This document shows, piece by piece, positions 38,338 through 52,320 of a stretch of DNA of 64,000 bases. A model generated the notes under the pieces. That model searched no databases, was not told the origin of the DNA, and was given only the letters and a program-made list of their open reading frames with translations. This DNA comes from Tubiluchus corallicola (Eukaryota > Animalia > Priapulida): contig JAQGDQ010000934.1 of assembly GCA_030141605.1 (NCBI GenBank), forward strand, positions 1 through 64,000, read 5' to 3'. The translations under genes and the position numbers were made by a program. Each line of letters opens with the position of its first letter. Position 1 is the first letter of the stretch.

Positions 38338-39256
38338 CTTCTGGGAAGGTATCACCAACCCTTGGTTAAAGCAGTTTATCAAGTCGTGGTACATAACTTT
38401 TTCTGGGAAGGTATCACCAACCCTTGGTTAAAGCAGTTTATCAAGTCCTGGTACATAACTTTTTCTGGGAAGGTATCACCAACCCTTGGTTAAAGAAGTT
38501 TATCAAGTCGTGGTACATAACTTTTTCTGGGAAAGTATCACCAATCCTTGGTTAAAGAAGTTTATCAAGTCGTGGTACATAACTTTTTCTGGGAAAGTAT
38601 CACCAATCCTTGGTTAAAGAAGTTTATCAAGTCGTGGTACATAACTTTTTCTGGGAAAGTATCACCAATCCTTGGTTAAAGAAGTTTATCAAGTCGTGGT
38701 ACATAACTTTTTCTGGGAAGGTATCACCAACCCTTAGTTAAAGCAGTTTATCAAGTCGTGGTACATAACTTTTTCTGGGAAAGTATCACCAATCCTTGGT
38801 TAAAGAAGTTTATCAAGTCGTGGTACATAACTTTTTCTGGGAAGGTATCACCAACCCTTAGTTAAAGCAGTTTATCAAGTCGTGGTACATAACTTTTTCT
38901 GGGAAAGTATCACCAATCCTTGGTTAAAGAAGTTTATCAAGTCGTGGTACATAACTTTTTCTGGGAAGGTATCACCAACCCTTGGTTAAAGCAGTTTATC
39001 AAGTCCTGGTACATAACTTTTTCTGGGAAGTGATCACCAACTCTTGGTTAAAGCAGTTTATCAAGTCGTGGTACATAACTTTTTCTGGGAAGTGATCACC
39101 AACCCTTGGTTAAAGCAGTTTATCAAGTCCTGGTACATAACTGTTTCTGGGGAAGGTATCACCAACCCTTGCTTAAAGCAGTTTACCAAGTCGTGGTACA
39201 TAACTTTTTCTGGGAAGGTATCACCAACCCTTGGTTAAAGCAGTTTATCAAGTCCT
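38338..39256. repeat. 62-bp minisatellite, ~15 units
   Basis: ttctgggaaggtatcaccaacccttggttaaagcagtttatcaagtcgtggtacataacttt. Confidence 0.95.
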
Positions 39257-39456
39257 TTCTGCCGTCCGTGGTCTTGCCCTGCACATTCTTAGGTGGAGGA
39301 CAACTGCTTATAAGTCCAGTTTCTCTTTGAATCCTGTGAAATCACCTACCAAACAACTTCAACAGTGAGACAAAATGGCTTCCGAATTAAAGAAAAATAT
39401 CAGTAGACACTTTCTGTTACTAGTGTTCAACCTGGCTATGCGTATTCTATTTCTCT

Positions 39457-39850
39457 GGGTTGTTGGCATCCTTCTGTCTCGGAAGACAATGGAGTGTGCG
39501 CCAAGAGAGTCAGTCATTGATCACATTGATGGAGCTGCAGCGTCGACTGTGGCTAAGCAGTCCTATCCTTGAACGTCTCCAGGGCGCACGCCTGGGCAAG
39601 GTGTATGGAGATCTTGAGTTGCCCAGACAACAGGAACCCCCTCTCTTCCTCCCTGGTGTAGTCCAAAGGAAAGCGGAGCGATACGTTTGGCACCAGGTTG
39701 GCTGCAGGAGCTGCCGGAGTCAGTGAGCATGTTGCACTGGTCCACCTTCGGGGCTCCACTCCTGATTTGGAAGGTTTACTCCTGTACACATGGCCTTGGG
39801 CACTCGACCTCCTCCCGTTGGCTGCTTGTGCAGCTCCTCCGCCTAGTGTC
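39457..39850 (-). mobile_element. Headless (5'-truncated) copy of the RTE-tailed retroposon body
   Basis: Reverse complement of ~30680-31080; probable TSD TCTAT(T/C)TCTCT at 39446-39456 and 39849-39859. Confidence 0.8.
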
Positions 39851-40341
39851 TATCTCTCTAAACTTGTTGAATTCACGTTTTTGTCTTTCTACTGTAGCGC
39901 TTGACGTTGAGTGGTCATTCGTCTTGCTTAGCGTGATTTGTATAACAAGGTGGTTTCCAGGAACTGCACATCATAACCGTTTTTCAGCCCAGCTGCGTGC
40001 GTGTTCATTCATCCTAATAGAGGAGTTGTGGACACTTCAGGGAAATCGTTGTTTAATCGACACCATAGATCACGCACACTCTAGTAAATCCGCGTGGCTT
40101 CCTGTCACTGGCGCACCCTGCAGGAAAAGAAATATAGGCGGAAGTAGCAATTAGTGCAGGATGCAACGAATGCATGAGCTGCGAGAGTGAAGAAGAGGTG
40201 GTAGAGGGGGCAGAAAGGGGGAGAAAGACGGTTGGAGAGAGAAAGCGGGAAAGAGAGAAGAAAATAAATGAACAGACGGAAAGTGGAAACGGTACTGAGA
40301 AAAAATAAAAAAATCAGTCAATTCGCGCTGCATTCTATTAA

Positions 40342-41075
40342 AAGAAAAACCGGATGATTGTGTAAACATTAGTACATAATAAGGAATACTCTAAAATATT
40401 GAAAACTACAATAACGTTTTTTAAATCAAAGCTTAGATTAAATAATAATTACCTCAGATACTCAAATTTCGTTAAACTTTCAAAGTTACGCGCGGCTCAA
40501 TGAATCTACTAAGATTGGCAGCGGCGCCTCTTTGTCACATTCGCATGGCCGATAAATAGAAGGCGGTACCGTGATAACCATGATCATGAACTGCAGTGTT
40601 AGTTTCTGACGTCATATGACGTAGATCCCATTTACCTGACGTCACGTGTTTAAGCAGTAATACTTACGCAAACGTGCTTGATGCGCAAGGGAAGCCATTG
40701 CACAAACTATGGTTAGTTTCTGACGTAAGCAAGCAATAGCTGTGTTCGGTTGCTGTTAATTAACTTTCTAAGATAATTATTCAAATATAAGGAACAATTG
40801 CTAACTTTTATAGGCAAGAAAATGTATATTTTGGACACTAAATTAAAATGAGATTGAGTCTAAACAATAATCCAGTTTTCCTTTAATGTTTCCTTTAATG
40901 TTCACAATTACTGATGCATCACAAACGCTCAACGCTCGCTCATGTAATATAGACTCCCTCGTCACCCACTCCTGTAATTTACTTGGAACGAGCACTGCTA
41001 CAATTACGCCAACATTTGCAAAGAGTTTGAAATTATAATTCTGCAAGCGGGAGGGAATTTATCCAGAAATTTATC
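40342..41075 (-). mobile_element. MITE family A copy 4 (complete, TIRs 40342-40882) with shared extension
   Basis: TTAA|AAGAAAAACCGGATGATTGTGTAAAC ... GTCTAAACAATAATCCAGTTTTCCT|TTAA. Confidence 0.8.
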
Positions 41076-41081
41076 GAGAGA

Positions 41082-41300
41082 GTCATAAGTCATAAGTCAT
41101 AAGTCATTTATTTCACCATACACATATACAATATCTAGTGAAAGGGCCTACAATGGATATAATACAAATAAGAAATACTGCACAGGAAAAGCCTCAAACA
41201 CTGTTCACTTATACACGAAGGTAAATGTGTTGCGGACAATCAAAAAGCAGGGCTTGTTAGATTGTCCCACACAGTGATAGAAAAAAAATATGGAGATAAT
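41082..41300 (-). mobile_element. Possible non-LTR retroelement 3' UTR with (TTATGAC)n tail
   Basis: (GTCATAA)x3 followed by TTTATTT, i.e. AAATAAA plus a repeat tail on the minus strand. Confidence 0.35.
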
Positions 41301-42147
41301 CTGAAAATTTAAAGTGAATCGTGATTAAAAAAAAAACATTAGTGCTTAAAATGGAATGGCGTAATGAATGAAGCTCATATATGGGATGATATGAAAGATA
41401 GAAAGACTATTATTTGTTAATAGTATGTAAAATTAAGATAACTTGATTAAGCTAACACCACTGTTTTGCAACTACTGTGAGGATGGATACTGATAGAAAT
41501 TTTGATTACTCACTGATACTTACTTAAAATTAGATTTTTTAGCATTTTTTTAAATCTAGTAATAGATCTGCTATTTTTTGTACTAAAACTCAGTTTAATT
41601 AGTTAGCTTAATCAAGTTATTTTAATTTTACATACTATTAACAAATAAGGCAAGACTGTGAGGAATGTTGAATGTTGAATGTTGAATGTTGAATTGTTGA
41701 GTCTAAACAATCGCCTGCTTTTCTTTAAACACAGTGGAGTGGATTTAACATATCATATTGCCATCGTCTTTTCCTATTCATCGTTTTACTCTTATACCCT
41801 CTTGCGTGGCTTGTCGCCATGTTCCCTGCATTTCCTAAGGAAATATTGCAAGAATTCATAATGGCTTCGCGCGTGTATTCCATGGAGATGTGAGTCTGTG
41901 CAATGAAGCCACTAATGTAGCCATCACTGCGTCGTTAATAATAACCTTTGTCCAGCAACACTAAGGAGCGGTCAATTCCTTGCTTGTGAATAGAGGCGGT
42001 TATATTAGTGAGAACAAAACGAGGCGCCATGCCTCTAATTGTTGTGCATAGGAAAGAGGAGAAAGTTTCCTGTTGGTTACGAATGGATGATTGAAGAGTT
42101 TTGTAAGCCACGTGTACTGCCAGATCATACTCAGCAAGTAAGTCGCA

Positions 42148-42505
42148 GAATGAATGAATGAGTGAGTGAGTGAATGAATGAATGAATGAACGAACGAACG
42201 AATGAATGAAATAGTGAAGGAAGGAAAATGTTTGATATGTGAGTAAATGAAAAAAATAAATGAATGGATGAATGAATGAATGAATGAATGAATGAATGAA
42301 CGAACGAACGAACGAACGAATGAATGAAGTAGTAAAGGAAGGAAAATGTTTGATATGTGAGTAAATGAAAAAAATAAATGAATGACAGACTGAATGAATG
42401 AGTGAGTGAGAAAATCGAAATGAACGAAAGAAAAACTAAGAAAGAATGAACAGACGAACACACAAACGAGAAAATGAACGAATGAATGAATGCAGTGGTG
42501 AATGA
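42148..42505. repeat. (GAAT)n-rich low-complexity tract with internal ~117-bp duplication
   Basis: Seen directly. Confidence 0.85.
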
Positions 42506-42635
42506 ACAAACAAACTACGAGTGAAGAGGATGGTTCACGTATATAATTTCTCTCATTTCAAACCGGTGCAAGCAAACCAATCGATTTTACACGTAGTTGT
42601 TTGTTTTTTGCTTGAGAGAAAAACGATATTTCCAG

Positions 42636-42645
42636 GTGTGTGTGT

Positions 42646-42696
<51 letters not shown>

Positions 42697-42709
42697 TGTG
42701 TGTGTGTGT

Positions 42710-42772
<63 letters not shown>

Positions 42773-42895
42773 CGTGTGTGTGTGTGTGAACGTGTGTGTG
42801 TGGTGTGTGTGTGTGTGTGTGAGCATGTGTGTGTGTGAGCATGTGTGTGTGTGAGCATGTGTGTGTGTGCGTGTGTGCATGTGTGTGTGTGTATG

Positions 42896-42927
<32 letters not shown>

Positions 42928-43045
42928 CGTGTCTGTGTGTGTGTGTGCGTGCGTGCGTGCACGTGTGTGTGCATGCGTGCGCGTGTGTGTGTGTGCGTAC
43001 GTGCGTGTGCGTGTGTGTGGGTGTTTAGGTGCGTGCGTGCATGTG
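42636..43045. repeat. (GT)n microsatellite
   Basis: Seen directly. Confidence 0.95.
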
Positions 43046-44137
43046 TTACACATAAAGTTGTGCAAGTTGAAAGCAGCATATAAGGAGCTATGATTTAGAA
43101 TTTCAGAACATTCAATTCTCAAGATACTTTTCAAATAGCTTACATTTTACTAAGTGCAGCGAGACCTAAGGGCAATTAACACAGGGGAATACCTGGTACA
43201 TACAGTTATACCTGGAAAGGCGTGTATCATACAGAACGAAAGGTGAATAATTCAGTAAGTTAATCATAGATAATTCCCGCTACGATTAAGTATTTATAAT
43301 AGAGTACAAAGGCACCTACTCCACTATATCTAACACTCTCATCTCCCATAAAGCCTCATCTACCCTAACAAGCTTTTACTGCTGACGCATTTGTACTGGG
43401 ATTGCAATAAAAACTTTACAACTCATAAACGAAGTGTTCTATAATACATAGCGTCGTAAGATATTACTCCGCGGGGAAAATAAGTGCGGAAATTCATACA
43501 GCTCCTTTGGGGAAATAAGTACATGAAATACGAGCAACATATAATGTACGCATGCGCAATGCTTTTACACCCCGATGAATGACGAAACTGCTATAAATCC
43601 TTGTAAAATTGTTGAACTAAGTGCGACAGAAATTTTCATTAAAATTCAGACTCGCTTCACACACTAAATTTACATGATAATTTATGCTAGCATGTATAAT
43701 AATATACTGAGAAACTCTATGATTTTCTACACTGATTAACGTAACAGCAGCTGCTCTATGGCCTAACAGTATGCAAGTCTAGATGTTTTATTTCGCTACA
43801 AAAGTTTAGTTAGTTGCTTCGGGTTTAGAAGTACATGTAAGTAGCAACTACGGATTTAAAAAGTCGTGGAAGTAGGCCTAGTCAAAATGTTTTTTTAAAA
43901 GGTCCAATATTTTCTAATAAAGGATAGCAACAGAAATTGCAAATCTTCCGGATATCAGTACTAACCCTCAGTATATATCTTCTAACCGCGAATGGGGGCG
44001 CCACAGTGTTCCCTTGATTTGCACTTCCTACTTCTGTAACTAACAATAAACTAGCAACGTACTTCGCGTTCATGAAATCAAGTAACCCGCGTAAAAGATA
44101 TATATATACTATCGAGATGATAATACTATACTACTGG

Positions 44138-44501
44138 ATGTGTGTGTGCGTGTGTGTGCGTGTGCGTGCGTGCGTGCGTGTGCATGTCTCTCTCTGTGTG
44201 TGTGTGTGTGTTTGTATGTGTGTACGTGCGTGTGTGTGTATATGTGCATGTGCGTGTGTGTGTGTCTGTGTGTATGTGCGTACGTGTGTGTGTCTGTGTG
44301 TGTGTGTGCGTCTGTGTCTGTGTGTGTCTGTGTCTGTGTCTGTGTCTCTGTGTGTCTCTGTGTCAGTGTGTCTGTGTCTGTGTCTCTCTGTGTGTGTGTC
44401 TCTGTGTCTGTGTCTGTGTCTCTGTGTGTTTGTGTGTCTGTGTGTGTGTGTGTCTGTGTCTGTGTCTCTGTGTCTCTGTGTCTCTGTGTGTTTGTGAGTC
44501 T

Positions 44502-44551
<50 letters not shown>

Positions 44552-44652
44552 GTGTATGCATGTGAGTGTGTGCGTGCATGTGTGCGTGTGTGTACGCATG
44601 TGCGTGTGTGCGTATGCATGTGCGTGTGTGCGTGTGCATGTGCGTGTGTGTG
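44138..44652. repeat. (GT)/(GTCT) compound microsatellite
   Basis: Seen directly. Confidence 0.95.
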
Positions 44653-45286
44653 ACATAATACTATCTAAGTCAAGATGTTTTAATTAGCCACAAAGTTTAG
44701 TTCCTTCACAAGGAATACAAGCATAATGGAGCAACTAAGGATTTAAAAGGGATACAGATAATGCGTAGTGTGTATCTCTTTATGCACGCATCAGTTACTG
44801 CACCTACAGAGCTGAAACGTCATACACTGAAGCAGTTTTTGTCCAAGGTGTTTAATAAGACTACGAAATACAGATAGTCCCAGCACTCAAATATGCTCAG
44901 AACTCGTCAATGGATCCCGTTAATGGATTTGCCCGTTAAATGGATCACGTGTACAGGGTTTTAGTCGAACAGGTTTCTCTAAAGTGAAACCACACGCAGG
45001 TTTAGTGAACGGGTGGGGAATTTGATACGCGGGCTTTACTAAACCGGTTTTACTTGAAACTAACTACAAAATGAAAGTGCAAGTAGGTTTCAATGAACGC
45101 GTTGGTCTATATAATGCGTGCTTACTTTGAATTCTTTCATAGAATAGGCAGACTCTCTCTCGTCTAGGCAGACAAAATCAATCCTTTACAAGTTGTATTA
45201 CCTTGGTTAGGTGAACAGACTCATTCAGCAGCAAACAAGATTCAACAACTTCAAATCTCAGTAACATTACGAACAATAATGTTATT

Positions 45287-47654
45287 CCTAAGTTCCTAAC
45301 CCTAATTTATGAGCAATCTTAACAAGTAGTGGTAAGTTCCTAACCCTAATTTATGAGTAATCTTAACAAGTAGTGGTAAGTTCCTAACCCTAATTTATGA
45401 GTAATTTTAAAGCGTAGTGGCAAGTTTTTAACCGTAACTTATGAGTAATTTTAAAGCGTAGTGGCAAGTTTTTAACCATAACTTATGAGTAATTTTAAAG
45501 CATAGTGGCAAGTTTTTAACCGTAACTTATGAGTAATTTTAAAGCGTAGTGGCAAGTAACCGTAACCTTTAAAGCGTAGTGGCAAGTTCCTAACCGTAAC
45601 TTATGAGTAACTTTAAAGTGTAGTGGCAAGTTCCTAACCGTAACTTATGAGTAACTTTAAAGCATAGTGGCAAGTTCCTAACCGTAACTTATGAGTAACT
45701 TTAAAGCGTAGTGGTAATTTCCTAACCGTAACTTATGAGTAATTTTAAAGCGTAGTGGTAATTTCCTAACCATAACTTATGAGTAATTTTAAAGCATAGT
45801 GGCAAGTTTTTAACCATAACTTATGAGTAATTTTAAAGCATAGTGGCAAGTTTCTAACCGTAACTTATGAGTAACTTTAAAGCGTAGTGGCAAGTTCCTA
45901 ACCGTAACTTATGAGTAACTTTAAAGCGTAGTGGCAAGTTCCTAACCGTAACTTATGAGTAACTTTAAAGCGTAGTGGCAAGTTCCTAACCGTAACTTAT
46001 AAGTAATTTTAAAGTGTAGTGGTAAGTTCCTAACCGTAACTTATGAGTAATTTTAAAGCGTAGTGGTAAGTTCCTAACCATAACTTATCAGTAATTTTAA
46101 AGCGAGGTGGTAAATTCCTAACCATAACTTATGAGTAATTTTAAAGCGTAGTGGTAATTTGCTAACCATAACTTATGAGTGATTTTAAAGCGTAGCGGCA
46201 AGTTCCTAACCGTAACTTATGAGTAATTTTAAAGCGTAGTGGCAAGTTCCTAACCGTAACTTATGAGCAATTTTAAAGCGTAGTGGCAAGTTCCTAACCG
46301 TAGCTTATGAGTAATTTTAAAGCGTAGTGGCAAGTGCCTAACCGTAACTTATGAGTAATTTTAAAGCGTAGTGGCAAGTTCCTAACCGTAACTTATGAGT
46401 AATTTTAAAGCGTAGTGGCAAGTTCCTAACCGTAAATTATGAGTAATTTTAAAGCGTAGTGGCAAGTTCCTAACCGTAAATTATGAGTAATTTTAAAGCG
46501 TAGTGGAAAATTAACTTATGAGTAATTTTAAAGCGTAGTGGTAAGTTCCTAACCGTATCTTATGAGTAATTTTAAAGCGTAGTGGTAAGTTCCTAACCGT
46601 AAGTTATGAGTAATTTTAGAGCGTAGTGGTAAGTTCCTAACCGTAACTTATGAGTAATTTTAGAGCGTAGTGGTAAGTTCCTAACCGTAACTTATGAGTA
46701 ATTTTAAAGCGTAGTGAAAAATTCCTAACCGTAACTTATGAGTAATTTTAAAGCGTAGTGGAAAATTCCTAACCGTAACTTATGAGTAATTTTAAAGCGT
46801 AGTGGTAAGTTCCTAACCGTATCTTATGAGTAATTTTAAAGCGTAGTGGTAAGTTCCTAACCGTAACTTATGAGTAATTTTAAAGCGTAGTGGTAAGTTC
46901 CTAACCGTAACTTATGAGTAATTTTAAAGCGTAGTGGCAAGTTCCTAACCGTAACTTATGAGTAATTTTAAAGCGTAGTGGCAAGTTCCTAACCGTAAAT
47001 TATGAGTAATTTTAAAGCGTAGTGGCAAGTTCCTAACCGTAAATTATGAGTAATTTTAAAGCGTAGTGGAAAATTAACTTATGAGTAATTTTAAAGCGTA
47101 GTGGTAAGTTCCTAACCGTATCTTATGAGTAATTTTAAAGCGTAGTGGTAAGTTCCTAACCGTAAGTTATGAGTAATTTTAGAGCGTAGTGGTAAGTTCC
47201 TAACCGTAACTTATGAGTAATTTTAGAGCGTAGTGGTAAGTTCCTAACCGTAACTTATGAGTAATTTTAAAGCGTAGTGAAAAATTCCTAACCGTAACTT
47301 ATGAGTAATTTTAAAGCGTAGTGGAAAATTCCTAACCGTAACTTATGAGTAATTTTAAAGCGTAGTGGTAAGTTCCTAACCGTATCTTATGAGTAATTTT
47401 AAAGCGTAGTGGTAAGTTCCTAACCGTAACTTATGAGTAATTTTAGAGCGTAGTGGTAAGTTCCTAACCGTAACTTATGAGTAATTTTAAAGCGTAGTGG
47501 CAAGTTCCTAACCGTAACTTATGAGTAATTTTAGAGCGTAGTGGTAAGTTCCTAACCGTAACTTATGAGTAATTTTAGAGCGTAGTGGTAAGTTCCTAAC
47601 CGTAACTTATGAGTAATTTTAGAGCGTAGTGGTAAGTTCCTAACCGTAACTTAT
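45287..47654. repeat. 44-bp satellite, ~54 units
   Basis: taagttcctaaccgtaacttatgagtaattttaaagcgtagtgg. Confidence 0.95.
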
Positions 47655-47920
47655 CCCTCTCTCTATGCAGGTACTACCTAACCCTTGCTAAGCGGTATCG
47701 CATCTCCCGCAGACATAATAACTAGCTTTGAAGGAAGCCATGCAATCATTTGCACATGTTCCATTACCAAGTGTCAGCAATGTAATGCATGAATCATGAG
47801 CAGCTGTGAGATACCTTGCGGGTCTAGAAACGGATAATGATATTAAACTGTAACAGTAATATATACGCTAGAGGTACATGTATAGTCACAGAGCGAGAGC
47901 ATTGTGGGTAATGGATCATA

Positions 47921-48396
47921 CTACCTTCTTATAAAAAAATCTCTAACTACATAATTGTGTAGCTTGTAACGTTTAACCTGAAAACAAATATGATAATTTT
48001 ATATAATTTTGCTCAATTTTACGGTGAAATCTAAACCAAATTGATCTAATTAACTTTAACAAAGTTTTACGCATATTATAAAATCTAATCTCTAGTCTAA
48101 TTAATCTCATCTTTTTAATAAACAAAGGTTCAAGATTCAAGATTCAAGATTCAAGGTTCAAAATTTAAGAAATTAATAAATCAACTTACATGGTGATCTT
48201 CTATAAGTGTAATTATGAAATTATAACAACGAATCAATGAATGACGCTAAACAATGTGTAACTGCCGTGTGTGAATGCCTGAGTTACTCCAATCTACAGG
48301 TAAGTGTACAGGTAAAAGACCGGTCACATGACCTGTTTAAAAGGAAACCAATTTATAACAGAAAAGAGGGGGCAATACAAGTTTAGATCAGCACAT
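47921..48396 (+). repeat. Dispersed repeat D, copy 1
   Basis: Inverted near-identical copy at 53428-53861. Confidence 0.8.
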
Positions 48397-48628
48397 ACAC
48401 CAAAATATCACCAAAATTACATATATAGTCGTAAATAATAGCAGTGATATGGATTAGTGTGCCGGTCAAGATTGGTACACACAGACATAGCAGAACTCTA
48501 AATTGGCTTGTCAGTCACTGATCATATAGATTGCCATTCTGCTTCAGTGTAATGCCCGGATGTTGTTTGTACTTTGCAGAGCCCTGATTCGAGTAAAGGC
48601 GCTTTGAATGAACGTTTAGTCTGCTTAA

Positions 48629-49260
48629 AGGAAACCCACACCCAACTCTAGTACAAAACAATCTACTCTTTAAAATATTGAAACAGAACATACCATTTTT
48701 AAAGAATGACTTACGTGAAAGAATTATTACCACACAAACACAGTTTAACGTTCGCGCCACTAGTTCTTCGCTGTTACATGCATTTCGTCATTCGTTAGTT
48801 AGACGGGCACTAGCGCGTGCGTTTCGGAAACGCATTGCATCAAAAACAGGTGCTGCACCTCTCAGTTCAGAGGTCTTACTTTCCGACGAATTACACACGT
48901 TCGACAACTCATGCATGGCACAGCGGTAAATTTGAAATTTGAATTTTTATGTCAAATTTTGTTGAGTTTTTGGATATTACAGTGAACGTTATACAGTAAC
49001 ACTGTACTTAATCTTCGCTTTTGCAAACACTTTCATCACAATAATGGAATGTTTTTGCTCTTAAAAATTGTGCTCGTTTGTGACGTCATCACCAACTGGG
49101 CTCCCCCTCCGTTAATTGAATTCTTAACCTATTATTTAATTATCAGAAACGCTTTGGCATTATTATAGGTGTTAAAATGCAAAATGTCACCCACTTCAAA
49201 ATGGAGTAGGACAACATTTCACCCACTTCAAAATAGAGTAGGACATCATCTTGTTTTGTT
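48629..49260 (+). mobile_element. TTAA-flanked MITE-like family E, copy 1
   Basis: TTAA|AGGAAACC start, ends ...catcttgttttgtt|TTAA; direct homolog at ~51765-52320. Confidence 0.55.
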
Positions 49261-49859
49261 TTAAGATGTTTGCAGGTCACAAAGACGTGAACATTTATCA
49301 TAGTAATTCACTTACTTTGCTATCTTGCTGGACAGTTTCGCCAGTAATCGCGCTTGATAAAACAGCCAGAGTGAACCCTCTCAGTATGAACACGCTACTT
49401 TTAGAGATAATACTAAGGTACTAAAAACAGAGCTCCCCGGGTGCCCACTGAAGCAGTAATGCAAATGAAAACAAGATCATACATAGGAAGCCACTTTAAG
49501 ACTGGCTTCAACACAGAAGTCAAGCAGAAGCCAAATTACCATTTACTGCATCTAACAGCCTAACGTTACAGTCAGCTGAGATTTATGACCAAATTCTATT
49601 ATTTCCTGAGATAAATGCCAAGACACGTTAATGATGATTTACAAGAAAAAAATGTCAGCTAAAATAGAGCGCAACTAATTAACGCTAAGGAGGTGAGACC
49701 ACACGCAAACTCCCGTTTTTCAGCCGGGCTGCTTATCTGTGGGCATCTTCTATCAGCAAATTGTTTCCCTGCTAATTGCACCCTCCCCATTTCAGGAATT
49801 TTATTAATCAGGATGTGTATTCAAATTTTCACCCTCTATTGTAGTTCCATACGTGTGGC

Positions 49860-50680
49860 TACAAGTACTACCAGCACTACTGGTACTACTACTAGTACTA
49901 CCACCACTATTGGTACTACCACTAGTACTACCAGCACTACTGGTACTACTACTAGTACTACCAGCACTACTGGTACTACTACTAGTACTACCACCACTAT
50001 TGGTACTACTACTAGTACTACCAGCACTACTGGTACTACTACTAGTACTACCAGCACTATTGGTACTACTACTAGTACTACCAGCACTACTGGTACTACT
50101 ACTAGTACTACCAGCACTATTGGTACTACTACTCCTAGTACTACCAGCACTATTGGTACTACTACTAGTACTACCAGCAATATTGGTACTACTACTCCTA
50201 GTACTACCAGCACTATTGGTACTACTATTAGTACTACCAGCACTATTGGTACTACTACTAGTACTACCAGCACTATTGGTACTACTACTAGTACTACCAG
50301 CACTACTGGTACTACTACTAGTACTACCAGCACTATTGGTACTACTACTCCTAGTACTACCAGCACTATTGGTACTACTACTAGTACTACCAGCAATATT
50401 GGTACTACTACTCCTAGTACTACCAGCACTATTGGTACTACTATTAGTACTACCAGCACTATTGGTACTACTACTAGTACTACCAGCACTATTGGTACTA
50501 CTACTAGTACTACCAGCACTATTGGTACTACTACTAATACTACCAGCACTATTGGTACTACTACTAGTACTACCAGCACTATTGGTACTATTACTAGTAT
50601 TACCAGCACTATTGGTACTACTACTAGTACTACCAGCACTATTGGTACTACTACTAATTCTACCAGCACTATTGTACTAC
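49860..50680. repeat. 30/33-bp ACT-rich minisatellite
   Basis: actagtactaccagcactattggtactact. Confidence 0.9.
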
Positions 50681-51407
50681 CCAGTGGCTTTGCCCGGCAC
50701 TTTGCCAAATCTGATTTCCGGCTAAGAAAACCTAGCAAAACCATTCAGCAAGAATATCGGTTAGGTGTGAACGCACAATCATTTCGATTATCCTTCACAG
50801 AATCACTCATTAACAACGAATGTGTTTGATTTTTGTTTCACTGAAAATTTCTGACCTGGTCATGTTCTCCTTTTGAAACGCGCGTGATTGTAGTTTGCAG
50901 GGAAAGACTCTTCTAGTAGAGAATTCCATATGTAAGACATCCGAGGAAAAACCGAATTTATGCTCAACTGTTTTCCATCACGCATTAACTAACAGTGTTT
51001 TTTTATTTACTATAAATTTCCTTTTATAAAAGAATTCTTATAAATTCGTTCGGTCGCCCAGTGACGTTACCATCTTGCCGAAAAGACCATAAAATTACGC
51101 AACAGTTAATAAACCCGATACGCCATTAATTAAGTACCATTATACTAACACAAACGATATTGGCTTATCAACTAAAAAGGCATTATGGGAAAATTAACGA
51201 TGTGCGGTGAATGCTACTATTGGCAGCCGCGTCGTTTTGCGAGCCGTAACTTCAGAATTTTAGACCTGATAGTGTAATTTTACCGTAATTCGACTAGGCA
51301 TAAAATAAAATCCTGGCGAACTATTTGCGTTCGAGTTGCAAATTCATTTTCAGCAGGAAAACCTTGGGGGAAAGCAAAACCGGAACTAATCTTAAATTGC
51401 AGATCAA

Positions 51408-51505
51408 CAGGGCCTATTTCGGGGGGGGGGGGAGTGGGGATACTTCCCCGGGGCCTCGCACGAAGGTAACATTTTTTTTCTTTATGCGAACATACTGCCT
51501 TTCTT

Positions 51506-51562
<57 letters not shown>

Positions 51563-51760
51563 CTCGCTCTCGCTCTCTCTCGCTGCACGCGCACCGTTTG
51601 CCAGTATTGACAAGTATTAAGGACTGGTCTTGAGAATAAAGCAGTTTTTCTTTCAATTGTTCTTTCCTTTAACAACTGTATGACTCCATATTTTCTCTTC
51701 GAAAATGCTTCTCCGGCGTTCTAGCAGTTCAAACATTTTCTTAGGCTGAAATAGGCCCTG
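51408..51760. mobile_element. hAT-family MITE (copy 2 of 432-829)
   Basis: Same TIRs; 8-bp TSD CAG(A/G)TCAA with one mismatch (51400-51407, 51761-51768). Confidence 0.9.
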
Positions 51761-51764
51761 CAGG

Positions 51765-52320
51765 TCAAAACAGTCTACTCTTTAAAATATTGAAAGGAAA
51801 CGTAATGTTTTTTCAAAAATAACTTGCGTGAATAAATTATTACCACACAAACACAATTTTACGTTCGCGCCACTAGTTCTTCGCTGTTACCTGCATTTCG
51901 TCATTCGCTAGTTAGACCGCCTGTATTTCGGAAACGCGTTGCATGGAAAACAGGTGCTGTACCTCTCAGTTCAGACATGTTACTTTGTGAACTCATGCTT
52001 GCACAGCGGTAAATACAACATTTCAATTTGTATCTTAAAACGTGCCTGGTTTTAGTACAAAACATTGAATATCTTACACTAGCACTGTACTTCATTTTCG
52101 CTTTCACAAACACGTGCACCACGCTCATGGAATATTTTTGCTGTTGAAAATTACGTTGGTTTGTGATGTCATCAATAGTTGGGCTCGCCCGCCGTTAGTT
52201 AAGTTTTTAATCTACTATTTAATTATCAGAAACGCTTTTGCAGTATTAATTGTATTAACATGTATACTTCTTATCGTACTTGAAAATGGGGTAGTATATG
52301 AAAAATCATCCTGTCTTCCT
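51765..52320 (+). mobile_element. MITE-like family E, copy 2
   Basis: Homologous to 48655-49170; ends AATCATCCTGTCTTCCT|TTAA, similar to the family A TIR. Confidence 0.6.

Noticed and set aside
49693-50829. 378-aa Thr-rich mucin-like ORF
   Set aside because: It is almost entirely an ACT-rich minisatellite, open in several frames on both strands, with no convincing splice sites or partner exons.
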